Shown here: piece after piece, positions 29,384 through 39,200 of the stretch
Layout of the letters: every line of letters starts with the position of its first letter
Numbering within the stretch: the first letter of the stretch is position 1
Assembly (NCBI GenBank): GCA_049325535.1
Contig: JBMOKY010000001.1
Span: forward strand, 557,942-621,941
Direction: 5' to 3'
DNA length: 64,000 bases
DNA from: Patescibacteria group bacterium
GTDB taxonomy: Bacteria > Patescibacteriota > Patescibacteriia > UBA10025 > JAHIVO01
Made by a program: the position numbers and the translations under genes
The notes under the pieces: generated by a model
Told to the model about the DNA's origin: nothing
The model's input: the letters and a program-made list of their open reading frames with translations, nothing else
Databases searched by the model: none

Positions 29384-30160
29384 ATGAAATACAGAGCTTT
29401 TATTGAGAGATTAGCTCGTCAAGCTGGTGTTATCATGCGCCGACATTTTTCCGATGAGATAGTTAAAGATTGGAAAAAAGACTCTACGCCAGTCACCATT
29501 GCCGACAAGCAAATCAATTCACTCGTAGTCAAAGCAATTCGCAAAGCTTATCCACAACACGGTATACTCGCCGAGGAAGGCGGAAGTATACACACTGACG
29601 CTGAATACCTCTGGGTATGCGATCCGATTGACGGTACACTCCCCTACTCACATGCTATTCCGACCAGTGCGTTTTCACTGGCACTGGTACGTGATGGTGG
29701 ACCAATCATCGGCGTCCTCTACGACCCGTTTATTGATCGATTATATTATGCGGAAAAAAATAAAGGCGCCACGCTGAACGGCCGGCGCATCCATGTGGCA
29801 ACGGCTCGCACGATCAATCGTAAAGTAATCGGATCAGTCGTCTGGCCAAACGCCCCAATTAACCTCGTCAAAATAAATGATCAGCTATTCCGCGATGGAG
29901 CCTACGCGCTTAACGCCGTGGTTACTACGTACTTCGGTATGCTGGTAGCCAGCGGACAGTTAATCGCCAATATCTTCCCCGGCGCTAACCCCTGGGACAC
30001 AGCGGCACAAAAAATCATTATTGAAGAGGCCGGTGGATACGTCACTGATTTCCATGGAAAAAAGCAACGCTATGATCGTGCCACCCATGGCATGCTCGCC
30101 GCGTGCAATCCCACCATACACAAAAAAGTGCTATCATTAGTACGCTCTACCTATGCCTAG
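29384..30160 (+). CDS. Inositol monophosphatase family protein
   Basis: 'VTIAD', 'AEE', 'DPIDGT', 'WDTAA'. Confidence 0.93.
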   Translation: MKYRAFIERLARQAGVIMRRHFSDEIVKDWKKDSTPVTIADKQINSLVVKAIRKAYPQHGILAEEGGSIHTDAEYLWVCDPIDGTLPYSHAIPTSAFSLALVRDGGPIIGVLYDPFIDRLYYAEKNKGATLNGRRIHVATARTINRKVIGSVVWPNAPINLVKINDQLFRDGAYALNAVVTTYFGMLVASGQLIANIFPGANPWDTAAQKIIIEEAGGYVTDFHGKKQRYDRATHGMLAACNPTIHKKVLSLVRSTYA

Positions 30161-30782
30161 CTACTGGGATACTCAGCACAATAGATATGCTGCCACTGAT
30201 TGGATTCACCAACCTTCGCTTTTCGCGGAATGGTGTTTACAGTTTTTCCCGCCCCATGAATCGCTGCTGGATCTCGGCGGTGGTCAAGGGCAAGATGCCA
30301 TATTTTTTGCGGAAAAGGGCTACCAGGTAACCCTGGTTGACTATACTGAATCGGCTCTGGAAAAGGCAAAACAAAAAATGGATCATACCAGTGGCACTGT
30401 GCTGGTACAGCACCATGATATATCCCAGAGACTACCGTTCCTGGATAATTCATTTGACATCGTGTATGCGCATCTGTCGCTGCACTATTTCGATGCGGAA
30501 AAAACATACTCAGTCTTCAACGAAATATACCGGATATTGAAACCGGGTGGGGTGCTGGCATTTCTCGTGAATTCTCAAAGCGACCCGGAATTTCGCACTG
30601 GTATTCCGATTGAACCTGGGTTTCGGGAGGTAGACACGGTTCAGAAGCGTTTCTTTGACATTCAGATGGCGCTTCAATTCACCCATCAATTTCAAACAAT
30701 CATCGTGGACGCACAAGGCGAAACATATAAAGACCGAGCAATCGGCAACCATAATTTAATCCGGTATGTCGGAAAAAAATAA
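30153..30782 (+). CDS. Class I SAM-dependent methyltransferase
   Basis: 'LLDLGGGQG', 'SFDIVYAHLSLHYF', 'LKPGG'. Confidence 0.9.
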   Translation: MPSYWDTQHNRYAATDWIHQPSLFAEWCLQFFPPHESLLDLGGGQGQDAIFFAEKGYQVTLVDYTESALEKAKQKMDHTSGTVLVQHHDISQRLPFLDNSFDIVYAHLSLHYFDAEKTYSVFNEIYRILKPGGVLAFLVNSQSDPEFRTGIPIEPGFREVDTVQKRFFDIQMALQFTHQFQTIIVDAQGETYKDRAIGNHNLIRYVGKK

Positions 30783-30801
30783 CCAACTAACTTTGAAAAC
30801 T

Positions 30802-31221
30802 ATGTCCTGGGTAGTATTTGCCTTGCTATCCGCTGGTTTTGCTGCATTGGTCGCTATATTTGCTAAGATGGGGATTAAATCCGTCGACACAACTCTAGCA
30901 ACCACCGTGCGCAGTGTCATTATGGCAGTCTTTCTTATTATCGTTGCCCTAGTATTAGGCAAAGTCAAGCTGCTGAGCGGAATTGATAACAAGGCGCTTT
31001 TGTACATCGTACTTTCTGGAATTGCCGGGGCCCTATCATGGCTGTTTTATTTCTTTGCTCTGAAAACCGGACCAGCACCCGCGGTAGCCGCGCTCGATCG
31101 AACCAGCGTGGTATTTGTACTCATACTTGCCGCGCTCTTGCTGGGAGACAAAATCACCCTCAAATCGGGTATTGGCGCTGGAATGGTTGCCGTTGGCGCC
31201 ATCATCATGTCACTAAAATAA
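30802..31221 (+). CDS. EamA family transporter (single domain)
   Basis: 'AIFAKMGI..VD..LATTVR', 'ALSWLFYFFALK'. Confidence 0.85.
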   Translation: MSWVVFALLSAGFAALVAIFAKMGIKSVDTTLATTVRSVIMAVFLIIVALVLGKVKLLSGIDNKALLYIVLSGIAGALSWLFYFFALKTGPAPAVAALDRTSVVFVLILAALLLGDKITLKSGIGAGMVAVGAIIMSLK

Positions 31222-31230
31222 CTGTAGTGT

Positions 31231-31581
31231 ATGCCCGTCGGCAAACAACAAACCAGCACACGCATGGTCATTGTCCTGCATGCGATAGTAATTACACTTA
31301 TTTGGGTATCGCCGTTTCTTTTCCGCTGGCATGTAATCCTTTTTGGAATTGCCCTCTACTACGTCGAGATAATTACCATCGGTGATTGCATCCTCACCCG
31401 ACGGCAATTCCAGACAAAAAAACGTGACATGACTTTTTACTATTATCTGCTGGAAAAAATCGGATTACGCCCATCCATGACCCGGGTACGCATAATAGCC
31501 GACTATGTGATGCCGCCACTTATCCTCGGTATTGCGCTGATATGGCAGAAATGCATGGCGCAGGTTCCGCTCATATGGTAA
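31231..31581 (+). CDS. Small membrane protein (DUF2784-like)
   Basis: 'LH...SPF', 'GDCILT'; hydrophobic. Confidence 0.55.
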   Translation: MPVGKQQTSTRMVIVLHAIVITLIWVSPFLFRWHVILFGIALYYVEIITIGDCILTRRQFQTKKRDMTFYYYLLEKIGLRPSMTRVRIIADYVMPPLILGIALIWQKCMAQVPLIW

Positions 31582-31624
31582 ATACCGCTCCGGCACGCTA
31601 TACTATAAAGTACATAATATACAT

Positions 31625-32296
31625 ATGCAAAATCCCCGAAAAATAATAGCAGTTATAATCCTCTGTATTGCCCTCGGTGCGGCTGCTTTTTTGATATATG
31701 GCCGGATAATTAGCCCCGAGGACACCTGGCTGTGCGAAAATGACAGCTGGGTAAAACATGGTAACCCTACCAGCGCCAAACCAACCAGCGGCTGTGGTGA
31801 AGAAAAAAATTCCAACGCAGCAAATGCAAATGCCCTGGGAGAGTCTATAGCCAATTTCCAGGAATGCGCTGATGCCGGATATCCCATACAGGAATCATAC
31901 CCCAGAAAATGCTTAGCAAACGGCGACAGCTTTACTGAAGATATTGGCAATGAGCTGGAAAAGGCCGATATGATAGTGCTGGACAACCCTCGTCCGAACG
32001 TACGTGTCAGGAGCCCCCTCACTATCACCGGTCGTGCCCGCGGTGAATGGTTTTTTGAAGCTGAATTTCCCATCACCTTCATGGATATGGACGGAAACGT
32101 GCTCGGGTCAGCGACTGCGCGCGCGGAAAGCGACTGGATGACCACGGACTTCGTACCCTTCACAGCGACGCTGAATTTCGTATCCACCGATGCGACCAGT
32201 GCCCGGCTTATTCTCAGCAAAGATAACCCATCGGGCCTTCCTGAACTTAATGATGAACTCATCGTCCCGCTGAATGTTTTAGCCATTGAACCATAA
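31625..32296 (+). CDS. Membrane-anchored protein with Gmad2-type Ig-like domain
   Basis: TM, 'FQECADAGYPIQESYPRKC', 'GRARGEWFFEAEFP', 'DNPSGLPE'. Confidence 0.75.
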   Translation: MQNPRKIIAVIILCIALGAAAFLIYGRIISPEDTWLCENDSWVKHGNPTSAKPTSGCGEEKNSNAANANALGESIANFQECADAGYPIQESYPRKCLANGDSFTEDIGNELEKADMIVLDNPRPNVRVRSPLTITGRARGEWFFEAEFPITFMDMDGNVLGSATARAESDWMTTDFVPFTATLNFVSTDATSARLILSKDNPSGLPELNDELIVPLNVLAIEP

Positions 32297-32312
32297 AATC
32301 ACCGGCAGGGAC

Positions 32313-32341
32313 TTGACAGGAGCGCGGTTACACGGTATGAT
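32313..32341 (+). promoter_or_regulatory. sigma70 promoter of an orphan gene
   Basis: TTGACA-17-TATGAT. Confidence 0.7.
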
Positions 32342-32440
32342 GGTGTACTTTTGGTATACGTTTATACACTTGCATGCCCGTATATCGGACAGTCGGGCAA
32401 CCTGGCATAGGATGCTTCACCCGAAACAGTGGAGCACATC

Positions 32441-32674
32441 ATGCGCGTACGTTTCACACTCAGTATGGATGACCTGGTCGTCGACGACCGATTGGTCGAT
32501 TCATGCACCATCGCCTGGGAGGAGGATCGAACCAGAGATGAATTACTCGATCTTTCCGAACGTTGGATCACGACCCAAAACTTCCTCACCCGAAGAATGA
32601 TCGGCTTGCAGCGGGTCGGCGAATCCAGCCTCACTATCGAACCCCTAGAAGCGAATTCGACTTCCCTGCGTTGA
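32441..32674 (+). CDS. Orphan hypothetical protein
   Basis: GGAG 6 nt before ATG 32441; flanked by promoter and terminator. Confidence 0.6.
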   Translation: MRVRFTLSMDDLVVDDRLVDSCTIAWEEDRTRDELLDLSERWITTQNFLTRRMIGLQRVGESSLTIEPLEANSTSLR

Positions 32675-32685
32675 AACCGCTTCTC

Positions 32686-32772
32686 CACACCGCCGTTTGG
32701 GATTCCAGCGGCGGTCTTTTTTTGCACATGAAAAAAACCTGGCACGTAACGATTGATGATTACGGCCAGGTA
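32686..32772. terminator. Back-to-back intrinsic terminators of convergent orphan genes
   Basis: ACCGCCG...CGGCGGTC-T7 (+), then A7-CCTGGC...GCCAGG (- strand). Confidence 0.75.
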
Positions 32773-32801
32773 AGTGAGCGTCGTCAACCGACGTAGATAG
32801 A

Positions 32802-33158
32802 TCAGGCGAGTGACCAGGAAAAATACTCAGTACGATCCATCCACATACAGGCAGTAACGAAGCTGTCCCGAGCGCCAGACAGCAGAGCGCCGAAGTGATG
32901 ATACAGTGGATGACCACCGTCCTCATGGAAATCATCAATATCCTGGGGAGCTGCGCTGGTGACGCACTGGACCTGCTGGTCGGCTGCAACCGGCTGATCG
33001 AGACGAGTACGGACTATGTGTCTGCCACACGGGAGCTGAAAACGCGCCTGAGGCAGATCAAAAGGTATTCCCCCGGAATATTCCGGGAAAACAACGTGCA
33101 GTACCACCTCACGATGCGTACTGAGGCGGCGCGTGGGTATGACATGATTTTCTGTCAA
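32802..33158 (-). CDS. Orphan hypothetical protein
   Basis: - strand TTGACA-16-TATAGT (33226-33199), GGAGG 5 nt before TTG 33158, terminator after the stop. Confidence 0.55.
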   Translation of the reverse strand: MTENHVIPTRRLSTHREVVLHVVFPEYSGGIPFDLPQARFQLPCGRHIVRTRLDQPVAADQQVQCVTSAAPQDIDDFHEDGGHPLYHHFGALLSGARDSFVTACMWMDRTEYFSWSLA

Positions 33159-33339
33159 ATGAGCCTCCATTTGTAGCGGGTTGGTTTTGTTTGTCATTAC
33201 TATACCGGCTCAGTTGTTCATGTCAAGACGGATACAATTTCTGGTTTGACAAATATTAAATAATCATTTAATTTATTGATAATGATTTCTATTAAAATCG
33301 CTCCCATCAAACCAAACAAACCAAGGAAAGGAACCAAGG

Positions 33340-33699
33340 ATGGACAGATTTTTGCACCTGATGAGTGTGATCAGCCCCGACAAGGAAACCCTTAACGAAG
33401 CACGCGTATTGCTCGCGGAACTCACAGACGATGCAGTGATTCGCCTATTTCGAATTCATTGCAAAGATGTGAAAGAATCGGGCTTCACATCGCTCATTTT
33501 CAACGAGTTGGCACGACGTCTGCCAAACATGGCGACTCTCAATGCCGAATTCGGGATCAATAACGGCGTATACCATCTCAATATCGACGGCGTCAGCTAC
33601 CGCTCCCCCGCTGAGCTCGTCTCAGCCCCCGCCTGCCATGGCATAATCCGCCAGTTCTACCCGCAGCTTCCCAGTTGCCGGCTGATGTCCACCTGCTAG
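33340..33699 (+). CDS. Orphan hypothetical protein
   Basis: TTGACA at 33246, AAGGA-rich leader, 10-bp stem hairpin at 33726-33752 after the stop. Confidence 0.6.
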   Translation: MDRFLHLMSVISPDKETLNEARVLLAELTDDAVIRLFRIHCKDVKESGFTSLIFNELARRLPNMATLNAEFGINNGVYHLNIDGVSYRSPAELVSAPACHGIIRQFYPQLPSCRLMSTC

Positions 33700-33800
33700 G
33701 ACACATATGCCAGGCGTACTATCATACCCACGACCATTATACGGTCGTGGGTTACTTATTTAGTATTGATTTTCAATAAGAATAATGCTATACTGTATGT

Positions 33801-35279
33801 ATGAAGCGATCAAATGTTTTTTTAGCCTCACTGCTGACAGTGGGTTTTTTTATGGCAGCGCCTTTCTCCGCTCGTGCCGGCGATCTCAGGGACATCGTTT
33901 TCCCGGTGCTCAGTGGTGCCCGATATTCAGATGATTTTGGAGCGGCTCGTTCCGGCGGCAGGACGCATGAGGGTAATGACCTGATGGCAGAAAAAATGCG
34001 TCCGCTCGTTGCGGCGGTAGATGGACTAGTACGGTATGTCACCTTTCCTGAGCCGTACTACGGCTACGCTGTGTTTCTCGAAGACACAGAAGGTTATGCC
34101 TACTGGTATTTACATATCAATAACGACAGTCCAGGAACTGATGACGGACAGGGGGGCGGCAACACTGCGTTTGCGCCCGATATTTTACGGGGTAATCCAG
34201 TGATGAGGGGCCAACTTTTGGGATGGGTGGGAGATTCTGGCAATGCTGAATCGACCGTGCCGCATCTGCATTTCGAGATTCATCGACCAGATGGTACTGT
34301 CATCAATCCATTTCTTTCACTGCAGCAGTCATCGGTCATCTCTACACCGACGATTGCTCCACCGCTGGAAAATGAGATTCTCCCGTTTGCCCAGTTTACC
34401 GGTGGCGGGACGATTACTTATGCCGAGCTCAATGGCCGCTTTGCCGGCCAGGAGATAATCGTCGGTGCCGGGCCGGGTGGTGGGCCGCAGGTACGGATGT
34501 ACGCCCAAGATGGCACATTTCTCGGCGGTTTTTTTGCGTTTGCGGAATCATTCCGCGGGGGCGTCGATGTGGCCGCCGGAGATTTCAATGGCGATGGCAT
34601 CGATGAAATCATCGTCGGTGCCGGGCCGGGTGGTGGGCCGCAGGTACGCATGTTTACCGCGGACGCGAAAGTGCGCGACCAATTTATGGCCTACGCCCCT
34701 ACGTTTCGTGGCGGCGTTCGGCTGGCCGCAGCCGACCTGGATGGCGATGGCTTAGCTGAGATTATTACCGGCGCTGGGCCGGGTGGCGGGCCACATGTGC
34801 GTGTTTTTGAAAGTGACGGAACACGACGTTCCCAGTTTTTTGCTTACGCCGACGGTTTTCGGGGAGGGATCGACGTGAGCGCGTACCCAGCAACCCAGTC
34901 TACACCAGCTCTGATCGTGACTGGCGCTGGACCGGGCGGAGCTTCACACGTACGAATATTTGACTGGAAAGGCGGGCTACAAAACCAGTTTTTTGCCTAT
35001 GATACCGGATTTCGTGGCGGCGCTTCGGTCAGCATCGCGCAGATAGATTCATCAAGTGATACCCCGGAGATACTCGTTGCACCCGCTCAACGAGGTGGTC
35101 CGGTTTTTCGATTATTCAGTTATCGCGGTGTTTTTCTCGAAAATTATGAAGAGTACGAACCATGGTGGCGAAGCGGTTATGATATTGCTGGCGGCCTGGA
35201 CAGCGTCAGTGTCATAACCAATAGCTCAACCCGCCGCACATCTCTCCGCAGCCTTTTGTCTGAAAATTTCTTCGAGTAG
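33801..35279 (+). CDS. Secreted M23 peptidase with FG-GAP-like repeats
   Basis: Signal peptide; 'HEGNDL' and 'PHLHFEI' M23 motifs; repeats 'DFNGDGIDEIIVGAGPGGGPQVR'. Confidence 0.88.
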   Translation: MKRSNVFLASLLTVGFFMAAPFSARAGDLRDIVFPVLSGARYSDDFGAARSGGRTHEGNDLMAEKMRPLVAAVDGLVRYVTFPEPYYGYAVFLEDTEGYAYWYLHINNDSPGTDDGQGGGNTAFAPDILRGNPVMRGQLLGWVGDSGNAESTVPHLHFEIHRPDGTVINPFLSLQQSSVISTPTIAPPLENEILPFAQFTGGGTITYAELNGRFAGQEIIVGAGPGGGPQVRMYAQDGTFLGGFFAFAESFRGGVDVAAGDFNGDGIDEIIVGAGPGGGPQVRMFTADAKVRDQFMAYAPTFRGGVRLAAADLDGDGLAEIITGAGPGGGPHVRVFESDGTRRSQFFAYADGFRGGIDVSAYPATQSTPALIVTGAGPGGASHVRIFDWKGGLQNQFFAYDTGFRGGASVSIAQIDSSSDTPEILVAPAQRGGPVFRLFSYRGVFLENYEEYEPWWRSGYDIAGGLDSVSVITNSSTRRTSLRSLLSENFFE

Positions 35280-35340
35280 GACAAACCAAAAAAAGCGCTG
35301 TATTGACTAAAGCGCTGGTGTCCTGATACCGCCCGAAGCT

Positions 35341-36594
35341 CTAAAATCCCGGCAAATAATCCAACGGATTAACCGGTAATCCACTCGAACGCACCTCAAA
35401 ATGCAAATGAGCGCCGGTGGTGAATGGACCTGCGCCTGCAGTTCCTGGCAGACCGCCCACCGCGCCGATTTGCTGGCCACGGACGACGTATTCATCCTCA
35501 GTGACATCAATCCGGCTGACATGTCCGTAAACAGTGCTGATCGTATCACTATGCACGATCATGATATAGCTATACCCAAGTCCGGCGTTCTTTGCACGAA
35601 CGACGTAGCCATTGTCTGCTGCTACGATCGGAGTCCCTTGTGACGCAGGTATATCGATCGCTGAGTGTTCAAACACAGAACGGAATGGGTATGATGGGTC
35701 ATGAAAATAAGCAGAAATTCCCTTCAGCGGAGCGACCGGCCAAATAAGCTGTGCGTCAACATCTAAATCAATCCCCTGCTCTTGTAATTGCTTTCGGGCT
35801 TTTGATTCCAGCGATCCCACTTCAGCTTCAGCCGCTCGCTGTTCGGCGACCGCCTGTTCGTACAGCTGTTGGTAGGTCTCTTCATCGCCCTTCGTATCTT
35901 CGAGCAAAATTACCTTATATTCTTTTTGACTTCCCAGCGCCTGCACGGTTTCAGATAACTGATTGGATAGATCGGATAATTCTTTTTTCTTGCCTGCTTT
36001 TTCCTGTTCCTGCTGCTCCAAATCAAATTTCACCTGCTTCATGGTTTGCAGGGTCGTCGTGACTTTTTCCTCTAGTTTCTGGGTATATTGAAATGTGTCA
36101 AAGAAATCTGAAAATGACGTATTGGTCATGAGGATTTCCAGTGTTGATTGCTGGTCGTAACGGTCAATCAAGCGCAAAAAATCTGCCAGCACCTCTTGAT
36201 TCTGACGGACTTCTTCTGTTTTTTCATCGATTGCCACTCCCAGGGCTTCCAGCTCCAAATTCAGCGTATCAATTTCGATAGTGATTTTATCGATGTCATT
36301 TTGCGTCTGGTCTACCTGCGTGTCGAGCAATGATAATTGATTTTGCAGTGTTTTAGCTTCCTGCTGCTTTGTTTTGACATTTTGCTCGTATAAATCAGCT
36401 TTCTTCTTTATTTCTTCCAGTGCCTGTCGTTTTGCTTCCAATTCCTGGGTTATCTCTTCGGCGGCAGCTTGCTGGACCTCTTCCGTCTCTGCGGCATCGC
36501 TCCATCCTGGAATAAACAAAACAATCGCCGTGAACATGGCGATACAGCTTATCCCTGTGACTATTTTTTGTTTTATACCTATAGCGACGTACAT
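35341..36594 (-). CDS. Coiled-coil M23 peptidase (EnvC/CwlO-like murein hydrolase)
   Basis: Long coiled coil; 'HSAIDI', 'YGH', 'GAHLHFEVR'; start uncertain (36594 or 36621). Confidence 0.88.
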   Translation of the reverse strand: MYVAIGIKQKIVTGISCIAMFTAIVLFIPGWSDAAETEEVQQAAAEEITQELEAKRQALEEIKKKADLYEQNVKTKQQEAKTLQNQLSLLDTQVDQTQNDIDKITIEIDTLNLELEALGVAIDEKTEEVRQNQEVLADFLRLIDRYDQQSTLEILMTNTSFSDFFDTFQYTQKLEEKVTTTLQTMKQVKFDLEQQEQEKAGKKKELSDLSNQLSETVQALGSQKEYKVILLEDTKGDEETYQQLYEQAVAEQRAAEAEVGSLESKARKQLQEQGIDLDVDAQLIWPVAPLKGISAYFHDPSYPFRSVFEHSAIDIPASQGTPIVAADNGYVVRAKNAGLGYSYIMIVHSDTISTVYGHVSRIDVTEDEYVVRGQQIGAVGGLPGTAGAGPFTTGAHLHFEVRSSGLPVNPLDYLPGF

Positions 36595-36636
36595 TTTTTG
36601 GCTGGGATTAGTACCAGACACTACTATAGCACATTT

Positions 36637-38064
36637 TCAGATTTTTTTCAATACACTCATCGCGTTCTGAATTCGCTTCAGTGATTCATCAAATCCCAGT
36701 ACCGAAAGTACTTCATCAAAACCTGGACTCTGGGTACGGCCGGTAAGCGCAACCCGAAGCGGCCACAGCACCGTTTTATTACTCAACCCTAGTTCAGAAA
36801 TTGTTTTTTTAAAAAAATTCATAATTCCCGGTGCATTCCAACTATCTGCCGGGATCATCCTGAGCATATTAGCTGCCTGTTCTAAACTATGGCGTGCGGT
36901 TGCCGCGGACTCACCCTTTGCGATCAGCATGTTCGCATCAGCGTAGTGAACCGGTTCATAAAATATGGGCATATCATCAACTAAATCAGTCAGTCGGGTA
37001 GCCCTCGTACGCACGATGGCAAGTACCATTTCGATATTTGCATGCGCGGCATACTGACCGATAAACGGCCGGGCATACTCCAATAATTCATGTATGTCCA
37101 TCGTACGGATCATGATTGCATTGAGCCAATCCAGTTTATCTTGATTAAAAACGCCACTCGATTTATTCAGCTTATCCAAATCAAAAGCGCCCATCAATTC
37201 ACCCGGTGAAAAAAACTCTTTTTCAGTTTTTGGATTCCAGCCCAGCAGAGCAATAAAATTGAGAACTGCCCAGGGTACATATCCGAGCTTTTGGTACTCC
37301 AACGCTGGCACCGCCCCATGACGTTTGGATAGCTTTGACTTGTCAGTACCAAGAATAAGTGGTAAATGACAAAAAACCGGCGGTATCCAACCGAACGCTT
37401 GATACAGCAGTATATGTTTTGGTGTAGATGGAAGCCATTCTTCTCCCCGAATCACATGAGTGACATCCATATCGTGATCATCAACGACATTTGCCAAATG
37501 GTACGTAGGGAAACCATCTGATTTCAGCAGAACTTGATCGTCGATGCGCGCGTTTTCTACAGAGACAGATCCGTATACTTGATCCTGAAATGTAGTGACT
37601 CCCTTATCTGGCACTCGAAGACGAATAACGTGCGGCTCACCCGCTGCAATTTTTTTTTGTATTTCTGCGTCGCTAAGTTTTGACACGCTGAGGGCATCAT
37701 ATTTTATAGGGGTTCCCTGCAGCCGCTGTACTTCCCGCAAACGATTCAGTTCTTCGGGTGTTTCAAAGCTATAATACGCGTGGCCGTGTGCCACCAGTTG
37801 GTCGGCAAACGATCGATACAACTCGGTACGGTCTGATTGAAAAAAAGGTCCACGATCGGGTAGCAGCCCGTACCACTGCAATGCGTGCTGAATATTTTCT
37901 ACTGCCCCCTCGACATACCGCTGTCGATCAGTGTCTTCGATGCGCAAAATAAATACTCCGTTATTTTTTTTAGCCCAGAGCCAATTAAACAGCGCGGTAC
38001 GCAAGCTGCCGATATGGAGCATACCAGTCGGCGATGGTGCAAATCGAACGGTAATAGGTGGCAT
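36637..38064 (-). CDS. gltX: Glutamate--tRNA ligase
   Basis: 'RFAPSPTG.LHIGS', 'LRIEDTD', 'KLSKR'. Confidence 0.97.
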   Translation of the reverse strand: MPPITVRFAPSPTGMLHIGSLRTALFNWLWAKKNNGVFILRIEDTDRQRYVEGAVENIQHALQWYGLLPDRGPFFQSDRTELYRSFADQLVAHGHAYYSFETPEELNRLREVQRLQGTPIKYDALSVSKLSDAEIQKKIAAGEPHVIRLRVPDKGVTTFQDQVYGSVSVENARIDDQVLLKSDGFPTYHLANVVDDHDMDVTHVIRGEEWLPSTPKHILLYQAFGWIPPVFCHLPLILGTDKSKLSKRHGAVPALEYQKLGYVPWAVLNFIALLGWNPKTEKEFFSPGELMGAFDLDKLNKSSGVFNQDKLDWLNAIMIRTMDIHELLEYARPFIGQYAAHANIEMVLAIVRTRATRLTDLVDDMPIFYEPVHYADANMLIAKGESAATARHSLEQAANMLRMIPADSWNAPGIMNFFKKTISELGLSNKTVLWPLRVALTGRTQSPGFDEVLSVLGFDESLKRIQNAMSVLKKI

Positions 38065-38070
38065 ATACTG

Positions 38071-39198
38071 CTAAAAACCCTTTATCGAATAAAATAACTC
38101 CAGTGCTACTCCCAACAGCAACAGTCCGATGAGTGCGCTACCGAGAAGCCGGTAGCTGGATAAGCGTGGGGACTGTTGGCGCTTTTTCAGCTGCAAAAAA
38201 ATAAGTGTTACCAGCACACCGTCGAGACCCAGCGTGATTGCTCCGGTCATACCGATGACGCTGATAAAATCCTGAAGACCAAGAACAAATACTACCAACG
38301 GTACGAACACCGCAAGCATCCATGACCTAAATTTGGGAATGCGGTAATCATACCAGAATAGTTTTTGGATGGTCAATCCGAGCGTAATGAAGGAAGTAAA
38401 GGTCGTAATCAGACCGAAGATGTAACCGATTTTGAGGACATTGGTTCCCAGCACACGCTGCAGTCCTGAAATCGCGTCGGAAGTTGTCTCGCTTCCGCTG
38501 ACCCCGAGGATGAGGTATGTAAATGCCAGATAGACGGCGGCGCATATGATGAGTCCCCATACGATGACCCGTCCGATTTTTTTGAAATCCCCCTGTAACT
38601 GTTCCCTGATCTCGGGTATTATCGATGCGCCCCAGAGCGAAAAAAGCACCACGCCATACGGAACAAAGAAGTGTGTCCAATCAATTACCTTAAAATTGTC
38701 ATGATTGATATGACTTGCGCCGCTCACGAATAGCAAAATAATGATGGCAAAAAAAATAAAGAGCAGAATGAGCTCTACAGGGCCGATTGAGCTGGTACCA
38801 CGCCAAATAATCAATGCCCCAAATATGAAAAAAATAAACGTATAGAGAATCACGGAACCGCCAAGCAATCCGGCTAAGAATTGGCCACCCACGATGAGAT
38901 ATCCGAGCAATGCCCCGTACAAACCTAATATTTGAACCAGAAATGCCGACGGTTTTCCCCAGCTGCCGAGATACTGTGCGGCGTATCCCGGAAGTCGATG
39001 GTGCCCCTGTGTATGAACTGCCACTGATGCAAACATCCGATTTACCATCAGCGCAATGGCTCCTCCGAGCAATAAATACAAAACCACCAAACCAAAGCCA
39101 GCTTGGGCTGCCACATACGGCAGACCAAACAGCCCGACTCCCATGATCGTGCCAATATAGGTAGCTAAAGCAAATACCGATGCGCGACGGGTTTCCAT
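38071..39198 (-). CDS. Aromatic amino acid permease family transporter
   Basis: 'GTIMGVGLFGLP'; about 11 TM. Confidence 0.8.
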   Translation of the reverse strand: METRRASVFALATYIGTIMGVGLFGLPYVAAQAGFGLVVLYLLLGGAIALMVNRMFASVAVHTQGHHRLPGYAAQYLGSWGKPSAFLVQILGLYGALLGYLIVGGQFLAGLLGGSVILYTFIFFIFGALIIWRGTSSIGPVELILLFIFFAIIILLFVSGASHINHDNFKVIDWTHFFVPYGVVLFSLWGASIIPEIREQLQGDFKKIGRVIVWGLIICAAVYLAFTYLILGVSGSETTSDAISGLQRVLGTNVLKIGYIFGLITTFTSFITLGLTIQKLFWYDYRIPKFRSWMLAVFVPLVVFVLGLQDFISVIGMTGAITLGLDGVLVTLIFLQLKKRQQSPRLSSYRLLGSALIGLLLLGVALELFYSIKGF

Positions 39199-39200
39199 AC

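Noticed and set aside
31606-31633. Second dif-like site (GTACATAA-TATACA-TATGCAAAAT)
   Set aside because: The right arm lacks TTA at the 6-bp spacing, does not match the 24845 site, and overlaps a start codon.
24984-32296. Classical integron or prophage
   Set aside because: No attC (RYYYAAC...GTTRRRY) pattern, no evident IntI insertion, and no phage structural or replication genes were seen.
32345-32440. Possible structured RNA leader (TGCCCG...CGGGCA hairpin)
   Set aside because: There is no recognisable riboswitch motif or terminator; the evidence is too weak.
32895-33176. + strand 93-aa ORF
   Set aside because: The overlapping - strand ORF has a promoter, SD and terminator; this one has no comparable signals.
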